From Betaproteobacteria bacterium (GTDB taxonomy: Bacteria; Pseudomonadota; Gammaproteobacteria; Burkholderiales; Burkholderiaceae_C), in assembly GCA_031411215.1 (NCBI GenBank), contig JANOAM010000067.1:708-64707 (forward strand): a stretch of 64,000 nucleotides of DNA, given 5' to 3'. This document shows positions 55,796 to 64,000 of the stretch, piece after piece (the stretch's first letter is position 1; each line of letters begins with the position of its first letter). The position numbers were made by a program, and so were the translations under genes. The notes beneath the pieces are model-generated. The model saw only the letters and a program-made list of their open reading frames with translations, was not told where the DNA came from and did not search any database.

Positions 55796-55829
55796 CTGTC
55801 ACACAACGGTCATGCTTCCCGGCAACGAT
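55796..55829 (+). promoter_or_regulatory. pho-box-like promoter of STAS-RsbW pair (best match to the consensus)
   Basis: CTGTCAC-acaa-CGGTCAT-gcttcccggc-AACGAT. Confidence 0.65.
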
Positions 55830-55883
55830 GAAAGGTTAGGTGCGCTGCGCGTCGCGGTGCCAGCGATGAAGGACCAGAACCAG

Positions 55884-56225
55884 ATGGACATGATCACCAC
55901 CGAATTGGCCGGCGCCGTCAGCTGCGTGCGCTTGTGTGGGCGCCTGGACGCTGGTGCGGCCGACGAACTGGGCTTGCGCTTCACGGCCGCCACCGCAGCC
56001 CATGGGCGCCCCGCGGTGATTGACATGACGGAAGTCAGTTTCGTGGCCTCCATGGGCCTGCGGCTATTGATATCGGCTGCGCGCGCACTGTCATCCAAAG
56101 GTCAGAAGATGGCCCTGTTCGGTGCCACAGGCATGACACAGGAGACGCTGGAGAATGCGGCCATCGACAAGATCGTGCCCGTCTTGGGCACCCAGGACGA
56201 GGCCCTTGCTGCCGTCAGCACCTGA
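55884..56225 (+). CDS. STAS-domain anti-sigma factor antagonist
   Basis: AAGGA RBS before ATG 55884. LCGRLDA, VIDMTEVSFVASMGLRLL (phosphoacceptor-Ser region). Confidence 0.88.
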   Translation: MDMITTELAGAVSCVRLCGRLDAGAADELGLRFTAATAAHGRPAVIDMTEVSFVASMGLRLLISAARALSSKGQKMALFGATGMTQETLENAAIDKIVPVLGTQDEALAAVST

Positions 56226-56229
56226 ACCT

Positions 56230-56646
56230 TTGCCTACCCGGTTGCGGCTGGCTGTGCCCCCGGGGCTGGCTGCGCTGGCGCCCGCCCGCCAGACCGTGCA
56301 CGACTTCCTGGCGGGCCGTGTGCGCAGCGAACGCGCGCTCTATCGGCTGGACCTGGTGCTGGAAGAGTCACTGATGAACCGCATGTGGCACGCCCACCCG
56401 TTGGGAGAGTCGCATGTCACGCATGTGCAGGTGGACCTGTCGGAAGCCGAGTTGCTGTTGCGCTTCGAAGACGACGGCATGCCCTTTGACCCGACGCAGG
56501 CGCCCGAGCCCCCGACACCCGAGCACTTGGCCGATGCGCCCTTGGGCGGCCGTGGCCTGATGCTGACGCGCAAGGCCGCACGACTTTGGTGCTACGAGCG
56601 CGTGGGCCCGCACAACGTGTTTACGGTGGTGTTGGCGCTTGAATGA
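56230..56646 (+). CDS. RsbW-like anti-sigma factor / Ser kinase (HATPase_c_2)
   Basis: LVLEESLMN..HA, FEDDGMPFDP, GGRGLML, N.FTV. TTG start at 56230 assumed. Confidence 0.85.
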   Translation: MPTRLRLAVPPGLAALAPARQTVHDFLAGRVRSERALYRLDLVLEESLMNRMWHAHPLGESHVTHVQVDLSEAELLLRFEDDGMPFDPTQAPEPPTPEHLADAPLGGRGLMLTRKAARLWCYERVGPHNVFTVVLALE

Positions 56647-56722
56647 GTTTCCACAGTCCGTGTCCGGACTCGTTCTTGCGTCCCGCCGGGGCTAGACTTC
56701 GTGCAGCAACAGAGAGCCCGTC

Positions 56723-56959
56723 ATGACGAAGCATGGAATCGGCGAACCCACGGTGACGGTCTACAACTTTCGCGACCTGGCCAATGGCGTTGAGTCTTCT
56801 GCGGTGTCGCCCTTCAAGGCCACCCGCAAGGCCATTCTGGAAGTTTTTCGCGGCGACCCCATTGATGCCACGGAAGAGCAAGTCTTGCCAGAGGACCTGG
56901 ACGAGATGGGTCGGTACCGGCGCCTGCCCACGGGTTGGGGTGACCTGGCTCCCCGCTGA
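56723..56959 (+). CDS. Small hypothetical protein
   Basis: 78-aa ORF with protein-like composition filling the gap; a TAGACT -10-like hexamer lies upstream. Confidence 0.55.
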   Translation: MTKHGIGEPTVTVYNFRDLANGVESSAVSPFKATRKAILEVFRGDPIDATEEQVLPEDLDEMGRYRRLPTGWGDLAPR

Positions 56960-57015
56960 AGCGTTCACGCCTGACCGTTGACGCATGTTGCCAGGCAACA
57001 TGCCGATCAGCGAGC

Positions 57016-57609
57016 TCAGCCGCGCAACGACGCCCGGTAGCGGCGCCTGGCGATTGCCGCCAACGTGACCAGGCCGGCAGCGAGCGCCGGCAGCGATGGC
57101 GGCAAGGGTACCGGCGAAGCCGCCTGCAGCGTGCCCGCATAGGCTGACGAACTGCCGACCAGTTGGCCGCGCACATCCAGTGAATACATGCCGGGGGCGA
57201 AGCTTGAGGGAGATAAAACGGAAAAAAGTGTCTGCGCGCCGCTGTACTGCGCGACCGACTGCCAACCCACCACCGCGCCACTGCCTGGAGACGGTCCGAC
57301 CAGGCGGATCTGCAGATGATCGATGCCCTGCAACACGTTTCCTTGCGTGTCGGTGAAGTTGAAGCTGCCGACAAACCCGCCGACCTCTGCGCTTTGCGCC
57401 AGCGTGAAGGTCCACTGATCGAAGAAGTTGTACATCGGGCCCGGAGAGCCCACAGTCAGCGTGCCTGCGGCCGTGCTGTTCGAAAAGCCCAGGCTCGTCG
57501 GGGCTGTCACAGGCGCGGATGACAAGGTGAAAACCATGTCCGCATGCGCCGGAGACCCGCACAGTGCAGCCGCGCTGATGCCCAGCATGATTCGTCCGAA
57601 CGCGCTCAT
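57016..57609 (-). CDS. FxDxF-type PEP-CTERM/VPLPA-CTERM surface protein
   Basis: AGGAGG RBS, signal peptide ...SPAHA, FFDQWTF motif, G.Y.L.V.G...YAG.L, then VPLPPSLPALAAGLVTLAAIARRR. Confidence 0.85.
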   Translation of the reverse strand: MSAFGRIMLGISAAALCGSPAHADMVFTLSSAPVTAPTSLGFSNSTAAGTLTVGSPGPMYNFFDQWTFTLAQSAEVGGFVGSFNFTDTQGNVLQGIDHLQIRLVGPSPGSGAVVGWQSVAQYSGAQTLFSVLSPSSFAPGMYSLDVRGQLVGSSSAYAGTLQAASPVPLPPSLPALAAGLVTLAAIARRRYRASLRG

Positions 57610-57926
57610 CAAGTCCTCCTGGCACCCCCCATGCTGCCGCGACGGCCAGGCAATGATGCTTCAGCGTGGACTGTGGCAAGTCCGTGTGATGAGGCCAAGT
57701 CAGGCGTTTGCAAAAGCCTAGCTAGTTTGGTGTTTTCACAGCGGCAGCGCTGTTGCCGCGCCTGGCGCGAATTGCGCGGCCATGGCGGCCGAGAGCTGAC
57801 ATAACTACCCTCGTTCTCTATTCGAAACGGGTCTTCCGATGCGCTAGAGCTGTCGGGCGCTTGGTCAGCACGGACCGCCTGTGCGGGGGAAACTGAATCC
57901 GAGCGCGGGGCCATGAATGACTCAGT

Positions 57927-58601
57927 TCAGTCTTGAAGCGTCCGCGGGGCGCCGTTGCCCCCCGCCCGCTTGACGGCCACCCGCTGTCTGCGGATCAGCG
58001 ACTCCGCCACCGCCATGTTGACCACCCAGGCCGAGCCCATCATCAGCGCCAGGGTCTGTTCGTCAGACACCCCGAAGAGCAGCAGCAGCGGGAGCTGGGT
58101 CAGCGCCTGGGTCCCGGCGCCCATGCCTATCGCGTAGGCGCGGCACATCCAGTCCTTGTGCTTCCTCACCTCGCGCCGCCGGATGGCGAGATAACCGAGC
58201 ACGATCGACAGTGCCATGGCCGAGCCGAAAAACAGCCGGAAGCCGTGCAGCAGCGCACTGTCGGCCGGCACGATGGCGTAGACCAGCGCCATCCACAGCC
58301 CGGACAGCGCTGCGCCCAAACCTGCGACCACCACGATGCGGCCCGCAGCGCGATGCCAGGCGGGCCAATTGCGGCGAATGCCGGGAGAGTATTGAAGAGC
58401 GCCGAGCAGGCTGTAGATCGTCACACTGACGATGTGCAACACCACCACGACGGGTGCGCCTACGAAGCGCGCGTTTTCCGGCGTGAGCGGCGCGCCGCCG
58501 TCCAGCAAGCCCAGGCGGACCATCCCAGCCACGACCGGAATGAAGGCCAGCGCGATCAGCCCGGAGGGGATGAGCCAATCGGCCCGGGGTAAGGCGGCCA
58601 T
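57927..58601 (-). CDS. DUF2306-family membrane protein
   Basis: LHIVS...GALQY, WHRAAGR, SGLWM, AIRRR...HKDWM.RAYAIG.GAGTQ. Confidence 0.82.
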   Translation of the reverse strand: MAALPRADWLIPSGLIALAFIPVVAGMVRLGLLDGGAPLTPENARFVGAPVVVVLHIVSVTIYSLLGALQYSPGIRRNWPAWHRAAGRIVVVAGLGAALSGLWMALVYAIVPADSALLHGFRLFFGSAMALSIVLGYLAIRRREVRKHKDWMCRAYAIGMGAGTQALTQLPLLLLFGVSDEQTLALMMGSAWVVNMAVAESLIRRQRVAVKRAGGNGAPRTLQD

Positions 58602-58605
58602 GCGC

Positions 58606-59181
58606 TCAGAGCGTGAAGTGCACGCCGAAGAGCAGAGCGCTGGCGTTGACGTTGTTCGAAAGCTTGCCGTAGCTGTCGACGTTGACCGTCAGCGCGAGAT
58701 TCGGCCTGGGCCTGTATTCCGCACCGAAACCGACCAGCACCGAGGTCCTGCTGCCCATCAGCTTGTCGCCTGCGGGCAGCACATTCGTGCCGCTGACTTT
58801 GCCGGACGACAGGCCCAGACGGCCGTGCAAGGCAACGGATTCGCCCAAGGGCAGTCGGTAAGTCGCCGCACCGAAAATGCTGCGCGCCTTGCCGGTTTGG
58901 GTGACGCCCGCGCCGCCAACCTGAATGGTTTCGCTGAACGAGCCCAGCGCCACATAGCCTGCTTCGACGCCGAGGTTCTCATCAAAGCGGTACCCGCCGA
59001 AGAACTTGATAGCCGAACCGTGCTCGTCCGTGCTCGCCTGTGGCAGTTTGCCGGGCAGGCCCAGGTAGCTGCGGCCGACTTCGACGCGCGCATACGCCCC
59101 GACGATGCCGTCGTTCGGGGTGGCCTGCGCGGCCAGGCTCAAAGTGCTGAGAAGGGAAAGGACAAAAAGGGATGTTTTCAT
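58606..59181 (-). CDS. OmpA-like 8-stranded outer-membrane beta-barrel
   Basis: Signal peptide, KFFGGYRF..NLGVEAGY..LG, GFGAEYR, terminal GVHFTL. Confidence 0.85.
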   Translation of the reverse strand: MKTSLFVLSLLSTLSLAAQATPNDGIVGAYARVEVGRSYLGLPGKLPQASTDEHGSAIKFFGGYRFDENLGVEAGYVALGSFSETIQVGGAGVTQTGKARSIFGAATYRLPLGESVALHGRLGLSSGKVSGTNVLPAGDKLMGSRTSVLVGFGAEYRPRPNLALTVNVDSYGKLSNNVNASALLFGVHFTL

Positions 59182-59318
59182 GGGGCGCTCTGTGAGGTGG
59201 AATGTTGAAGGTCGTCGGACCCATCAACAGGACACGAGCGTAAGGAACGAGCCTCGGCACGTCGCCGCTCTAAAGAGCGGTTCGGTGCTCGGGTGGGGCG
59301 CGGCGCCGGCAGGGACGC

Positions 59319-61928
59319 TCAGGCGGGCAGCAGCTTCAAGGCGAGCGCGCGAGCCACGGCTTCCGTGCGGCGCTTGACCTGCAACTTGTCGAAGATGTTC
59401 TGGTTGTGCCACTTGACCGTGTGCAGCGACAAGAACAGGGCTTCGCCGATGCCCTGGTTGGAGTGCCCCTGCTGGATCAGCCGCAGGATGTCCAACTCAC
59501 GCTCGCTCAACGCTTCGACCCCGAGCTGCCGCAGATGAGCGAGTTCGAGACCAGGCGCCTGCGCCGAACCCCAGACCGCCAGCAATTGCGCGGTGTAGTC
59601 GGGCAGCGTTCCGCGCTCGGACAGCGCGGTCAAGAGCACGGCCATGCCTTGGCCTTCATCGATGAAGGTCCGAACGAAACCGCCCGGCTCACCGAGCAGA
59701 AGTGCCTCTTGCAATACCTGCAAAGCCTCGTCCAGCCTGCCCAGCGCATGCAGCGCCATGGTTTGCGCCACCATGGCTTTGAGCACTTCATCGGCCCGGC
59801 CCGCCTGTTCCATGCGGGCGCGGTAGGGCGCCAACAGGACCAGCGCCTGCGCCGCATCGCCCTGGGCCGCCAAGGCTCTGGCCGTGGCCACCACGAGTTG
59901 GTGCCGCTGTGCCAACGCGAGCGCCGCGGTGTGCTCGCCGCGACGATTCAGGTCCTGTGCCTGCAGGCCGGCAATTTCTTCCAGGCGGCTCGTGAATCGC
60001 CGCGTTTGTGCGGCACTGGCAGCTGCCGCCAACAAGGCGCTTGCCTCGGTGAAACGGTTGTGCACTTGAAGCACCCGCGCGGCCATGGCATCCGCGCTCA
60101 GACCAGCGCCGGACTCCATGGGTGCCGCCAGTTGGCTGCTGCGCCGGGCGTGCGACTCGGCGGCGTCCAGGTCGTTCCACTCATAGAAGATCCGCGCCAG
60201 CCCCAGGTGTGCTTCACAAGCCACCGAATGCGTTGGATCGGTCAGCTTCTGCAGGATGTCCCGGTAGGTCTTGGCCGCTGCGTGGAGTTGGTTCTCCGCC
60301 AGCTGGATGCTTGCCTGGCCCATGGTTGCCACAACGGCAAACATGAAGTTGCCGGTGACCTGCCCCGCGGCAAGCACGTGCTCGTAGGCCTGTTTGGCCA
60401 AAGGGTGATTGCCCTCGAACTGATAGGCCACACCTTGGGCGCAATGTGCAGCGGTGCGCGCGGCTTGGTTGTGCAGATGCATCTTCTCGAAGGCTCGCTG
60501 CGTCTGGGCGTGAATGGACGGCACATCGTGCTTGGCCACCGCCACCCAGGCCTTCAGTGCGGCGACTTGTCCCCAGAGGTCTCGGGTCGCTGCGTCATCA
60601 GCACAGTGCTGCAAGGCTTGCTCCGCGCCTTGAAGCTTCACCGCCATCTGGTGGGGATAGCCCGAGATCATCAGCGACCAGGCCAGCATCACCCACAAAC
60701 GGGGATGGCGGTCCAACACGCTGTGGGGCAGCCCCTGGAGCGACTGAACGACAGGCGCCATGGCGCCCCGAAAGTACAGCGGCATGCCGTCTCCGTCGAT
60801 CAGACGAATCGCTCGATCGATGTCGCTGGCAGCAAGGGCTTGCTGAAAGGCCTCGACAGGCTGTCCCTGCGCTTCATGCCACTCGCTGGCGCGGATCAGC
60901 AGCGGCGCGGTCGGCTCCCGCTGCGCCAGGCGCTGGCGCAACAGTTCGGCAAAGAGGCCGTGGTAGCGAAACCAACGCCGTTCGGTGTCGAGTGAAACGA
61001 CAAAAAGGTTGGCCCGTTCAAGGTGGGCCAGCGTGTTATGGCCTTCGTGGTCCTGCATCACGGCGTCGCACAGCTCCGGGCACATCCGCTCCAGGACCGA
61101 CGTGCGCATCAAGAAGGACTGCACGGCCAATGTCTGGCGATGCAAAACTTCCTCCAGGAGGAAGTCCTGCAAGAAGCGATGACTGCCCGTGAAAGACTGG
61201 ATGAATTTCTCCGGGTCCCGGTTGCCCTGCAAGGAGATGGCGGCCATCTGCAAACCTGCGACCCAGCCCTCGGTGCGCGCCGCAAGTGCGGCGACGTGAG
61301 CGCCCGACAGTTTGAGTGCCATGGTCTGGTCGAGGAACACCGCCGCTTCATCCGGGCCAAACCGCAGGTTTTCCTGGCGCAGTTCCGTCAGTTGCCCTTG
61401 CGCGCGCAACCGGGCCAGAGGCAACGCAGGTTCCGTGCGCGTTGCCAGGGCGACGTGCATCTGCGGTGGCAGATGATCGATCAGATAGGCCAGTGCTTCA
61501 TCCACGGGCTCGCTGGCGACCAGGTGGTAGTCGTCCAGCACCAGCAGAATGGCTTCGAGATCCTCGGCCACATCGTTCAGAAGTGCGGCCAACACGGACT
61601 CGGCCGATGGAGGCGGCGTGGCTTGCAGCAGCGCGCGGGCGTTCGCACCGATGCTGGCATCGACGGTTTGCACCGCTGCCACCAGATAGGCCAGAAACTG
61701 CTGAACGTCCCGCTCCCCTGGACCCAGGGAGACCCATATGCAGGGCCGATCGCTGATGGCCGCCCATTCACCCAACAACGACGATTTGCCGAAGCCAGCC
61801 GGCGCGCAAACCAGCGTCATCTTTCGCGCCAGGCCAGCTCGCAGTTGCTCAATCAAGCGAGGCCGAGAGACGGCCCGCGCGACGGGTGGCGGAGCGAACA
61901 GCTTGGTTACCAGGATGGGCGTGGCCAT
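59319..61928 (-). CDS. MalT-like ATP-dependent LuxR-family transcriptional regulator
   Basis: TKLFAPP, Walker A APAGFGKS, Walker B LVLDDYH, TEGWVAGLQ, C-terminal HTH LSERELDIL...SNQGIGEALFLSLHTVKWHNQNIFDKL. Confidence 0.93.
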   Translation of the reverse strand: MATPILVTKLFAPPPVARAVSRPRLIEQLRAGLARKMTLVCAPAGFGKSSLLGEWAAISDRPCIWVSLGPGERDVQQFLAYLVAAVQTVDASIGANARALLQATPPPSAESVLAALLNDVAEDLEAILLVLDDYHLVASEPVDEALAYLIDHLPPQMHVALATRTEPALPLARLRAQGQLTELRQENLRFGPDEAAVFLDQTMALKLSGAHVAALAARTEGWVAGLQMAAISLQGNRDPEKFIQSFTGSHRFLQDFLLEEVLHRQTLAVQSFLMRTSVLERMCPELCDAVMQDHEGHNTLAHLERANLFVVSLDTERRWFRYHGLFAELLRQRLAQREPTAPLLIRASEWHEAQGQPVEAFQQALAASDIDRAIRLIDGDGMPLYFRGAMAPVVQSLQGLPHSVLDRHPRLWVMLAWSLMISGYPHQMAVKLQGAEQALQHCADDAATRDLWGQVAALKAWVAVAKHDVPSIHAQTQRAFEKMHLHNQAARTAAHCAQGVAYQFEGNHPLAKQAYEHVLAAGQVTGNFMFAVVATMGQASIQLAENQLHAAAKTYRDILQKLTDPTHSVACEAHLGLARIFYEWNDLDAAESHARRSSQLAAPMESGAGLSADAMAARVLQVHNRFTEASALLAAAASAAQTRRFTSRLEEIAGLQAQDLNRRGEHTAALALAQRHQLVVATARALAAQGDAAQALVLLAPYRARMEQAGRADEVLKAMVAQTMALHALGRLDEALQVLQEALLLGEPGGFVRTFIDEGQGMAVLLTALSERGTLPDYTAQLLAVWGSAQAPGLELAHLRQLGVEALSERELDILRLIQQGHSNQGIGEALFLSLHTVKWHNQNIFDKLQVKRRTEAVARALALKLLPA

Positions 61929-62077
61929 GCCCGACTATGCCGTCTTTGGCCCCGGAGCTTCACGGCGCGCCAGTAGGCCGACGCTACAGTGCACTGCTGC
62001 TTCTACTGCGGCGCAGGCCTGGTGGATTGCCGCTGGGGCCGGCTTGGCTCGAACGTTTGGCGCTCAAAGTCCAACTG

Positions 62078-62488
62078 TCAGAGCGGCACGTGAACCAGCG
62101 GCTCCAGTGACCTACCCAGTCTCATCGCGTGCAATGGCGCAGTGTCCAGGTAGACGACTTCCTCCTGAATCCGGCCATCCCTCAGCGTCAATTTGTCGAC
62201 GCCTCGCCACGATACGGTGCGCTCACCATAGGTGTTCGAGCTCTCCCACTCGACCATGACGACATCTCCTCGGTGGGCCCACGACAGAAGAGCCCATTGA
62301 AGTGCCGGTGTGGACTTTTTCTGCAGATCGTTCAGCAGGCCCAGTTCTCTTCCATAGATCACTCGGTCGTAAATGGGTGAATGCAACTCGCCGTTCGGGT
62401 GCCAAAGGGCCAAGAACGCTGCACCATCTTTCGCTGACCACGCAGCTTCAAATCTCTGCACAAACTCAGCAGCATCTTGCTCACTCAT
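62078..62488 (-). CDS. SnoaL/NTF2-like protein
   Basis: Start ATG 62488 (MSEQDAAEFVQRFEAAW), LWHPNG, GDVVMVEW, GVDKLTLRDGRI..EVVYLD. Confidence 0.8.
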   Translation of the reverse strand: MSEQDAAEFVQRFEAAWSAKDGAAFLALWHPNGELHSPIYDRVIYGRELGLLNDLQKKSTPALQWALLSWAHRGDVVMVEWESSNTYGERTVSWRGVDKLTLRDGRIQEEVVYLDTAPLHAMRLGRSLEPLVHVPL

Positions 62489-62777
62489 GATCTGGTCACC
62501 CCCAAAAGCCCGGATCATGGCGATCTCATATTCCAAGGCAAGCCGCTTTCGGACATGTCCATCCATCAAGCGTTCAGCGTTGACAACAGAGGCGCAGAAA
62601 ATGATGCGTGCGCCCTTCTCATAGCCTTCCGAACGCACCGCTCGTCTTCCATCGGAGCTTGATCCCCGGAGCAGCGGCGTACTCGCGCACCCGGCCAGTT
62701 CCTGCCCTTCGCCGTCGCTCCTGTTTGCCGACGTTCGACCAGCTGATGCACTCCGCGGGGAATTCCAGAGCGATGAC

Positions 62778-63647
62778 TCAGGCTTGGCGATCACGCAGCC
62801 AGGCCCTCGGCGACAGACCCACCGATTGCGCAAAGGCCCGTGAGAACGACGCTGCACTGGCATAACCCAGCTTCTCGCTGGCCAGCTTGATCGCGCTTCC
62901 CGCCAGGAGCATCGACTGCGCGAGCGACACGCGCCAGCGCAGAAGATATTCGGCCGGCGTGACGCCCAGCTGCAACTTGAATTCGGCCGCAAAAGCACTG
63001 CGAGACATCCCGGCAGCCTGGGCCATTGAATCCAGGGACCATGCAGCCCCAGGACTTTCGTGCATTGCTGTCAGTGCACGAGCCATCCTGGGATGGGCCA
63101 GACCATGGATCAGCCCCTCGGTCATGCCGCCATGGTCCGGGTGATCCAGCAGCCAGCGCAACACCTGCAGCAGCAGCACTTCAAACAGTCGATCGGCCAG
63201 CAGGCGTTGACCACAGCGGACGCGCTCGGTCTCGGAGAACAGCAAAGCCAGCGTCTGTTCAATGCCGTCCACCGAGTGCAAAGGCAGCACAACCACCGAG
63301 GGCAGTGCCACTACCATCGGGTGCCGGACACCACCTTCGAAGTCCAAGGTGGCGCACACGAAGTCGGACCCCTCCGTGGGCGCGTTGTGGAACTGGTGCT
63401 CCAGTGGGCGCGGGTAGAGCAGCAAGGTCGGCTCCGTGACCTTGATCTTGCGCGGCGCGCCGCTGCGCGGCCGGTGCGTCACCACCATCTCGCCTCGGCG
63501 CAGCACATGCAGGAAGCCACGTCCCTCTTGGGCGTCGAAGTTCGTGACGCCGCACAAGGGGCCGGCATGGAACAGGTGCGCATGCACCCGAAAGCGGTCG
63601 AGCAGGCCGGAGAGCCGATCCACAGGCCCCACTGAGGTTGACGACAT
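62778..63647 (-). CDS. AraC-family regulator with Cupin_6 domain (RclR-like)
   Basis: Start ATG 63647. GPLCG and FVCA Cys pair, LADRLFEVLL, HTH WSLDSMAQAAGMSRSAFA..F...G.TP..YL..WR, LGYAS..SFSRAF. Confidence 0.9.
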   Translation of the reverse strand: MSSTSVGPVDRLSGLLDRFRVHAHLFHAGPLCGVTNFDAQEGRGFLHVLRRGEMVVTHRPRSGAPRKIKVTEPTLLLYPRPLEHQFHNAPTEGSDFVCATLDFEGGVRHPMVVALPSVVVLPLHSVDGIEQTLALLFSETERVRCGQRLLADRLFEVLLLQVLRWLLDHPDHGGMTEGLIHGLAHPRMARALTAMHESPGAAWSLDSMAQAAGMSRSAFAAEFKLQLGVTPAEYLLRWRVSLAQSMLLAGSAIKLASEKLGYASAASFSRAFAQSVGLSPRAWLRDRQA

Positions 63648-63658
63648 GGCCGACTCAC

Positions 63659-63731
63659 TTTGGACGAAATGGATTGTTATTTGGACGATACGTTTCCAAT
63701 CATACATAGATCGGTCGGACACTTTCGTCCA
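63659..63731. promoter_or_regulatory. Putative AraC-regulator operator
   Basis: TTTGGACGA direct repeat at 63659 and 63680 (21-bp spacing), plus an inverted copy TTTCGTCCA at 63723-63731. Confidence 0.55.
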
Positions 63732-63777
63732 GCGCCCAGGCACACCCGTGCTGCGCCAACCCCCTTGAGGAGACGTC

Positions 63778-64000
63778 ATGAAACCTATCTCTTTGGTCGC
63801 CGCTACCCTGATGGTTGCGCTGGCTGCTGCCGTGGCCCCGCACGCCAACGCGCAAGCGGCGCCAGCCATCCCCGGCTACGCGATGGGCCAGAAAACTCTG
63901 GCCAAGGCGCCGTACACGCTGGCCGACCTGGAGTCGCTCAAGAAGACGCTGCTGCTCACCGACGAAGACGTTCGCTACTTGCGCATGAGCAAGGCGATCC
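63778..64000 (+). CDS. Protoglobin with N-terminal signal peptide (partial, runs off the window)
   Basis: Not in the ORF track. GAGGAG RBS. MKPISLVAATLMVALAAAVAPHANA-QAAPAIPGYAMGQKTLAKAPYTLADLESLKKTLLLTDEDVRYLRMSKAI; the IPGY.xG...AP....DL..LK......ED..Y segment is the protoglobin N-terminus. Confidence 0.78.
   Translation, partial: MKPISLVAATLMVALAAAVAPHANAQAAPAIPGYAMGQKTLAKAPYTLADLESLKKTLLLTDEDVRYLRMSKAI

Noticed and set aside
57610-57920. pho-box-like site for the FxDxF gene
   Set aside because: A TAGGCT hexamer is present but no heptamer lies at the required spacing.
62489-62998. N-terminal extension of the SnoaL ORF to 306 aa
   Set aside because: It overlaps the AraC gene out of frame and is not domain-like; the start at 62488 fits the family size.
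1-64000. Mobile element, tRNA or rRNA
   Set aside because: No transposase/integrase motifs, terminal repeats or structural RNA signatures recognised by eye.

Overview
High-GC bacterial DNA; gene content suggests a Burkholderiales-like betaproteobacterium (inference). Bases 1 to ~57.6 kb form a cell-surface/glycan gene region. It holds a two-partner secretion pair (TpsB plus a ~3,670-aa filamentous-haemagglutinin/DUF3739-type TpsA) followed by a GT4 gene and a DUF2341-LamG-ExbB fusion (truncated at the left edge). It also holds three TPR-GT41 (OGT/SPY/HMW1C-like) protein glycosyltransferases, a secreted Cys-rich protein with PstS/DING-like motifs, exosortase D with its TPR lipoprotein and three VPLPA-CTERM substrates, and an FkbM methyltransferase. 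The rest of the region is a Wzx/Wzy-type glycan cluster (WcaJ-like priming enzyme, UDP-xylose synthase, many GTs, three acyltransferases, an SGNH lipoprotein) and a STAS/RsbW partner-switch pair. The strongest non-coding signal I read is a recurring promoter architecture, (CTGTCAY-N4)-NNGTCAY-N10-YANNNT. It occurs at 14 intergenic positions in front of most transcription units and has the geometry of a PhoB pho box, suggesting the region is a phosphate-starvation surface-remodelling system. The right end (57.9-64 kb) is a separate module: DUF2306, OmpA-like barrel, MalT-like regulator, SnoaL-like protein, and an RclR-like AraC regulator divergent from a protoglobin that carries a Sec-type signal peptide. 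I saw no rRNA, tRNA, CRISPR array or transposase. Family calls rest on motif recognition only; no searches were run.
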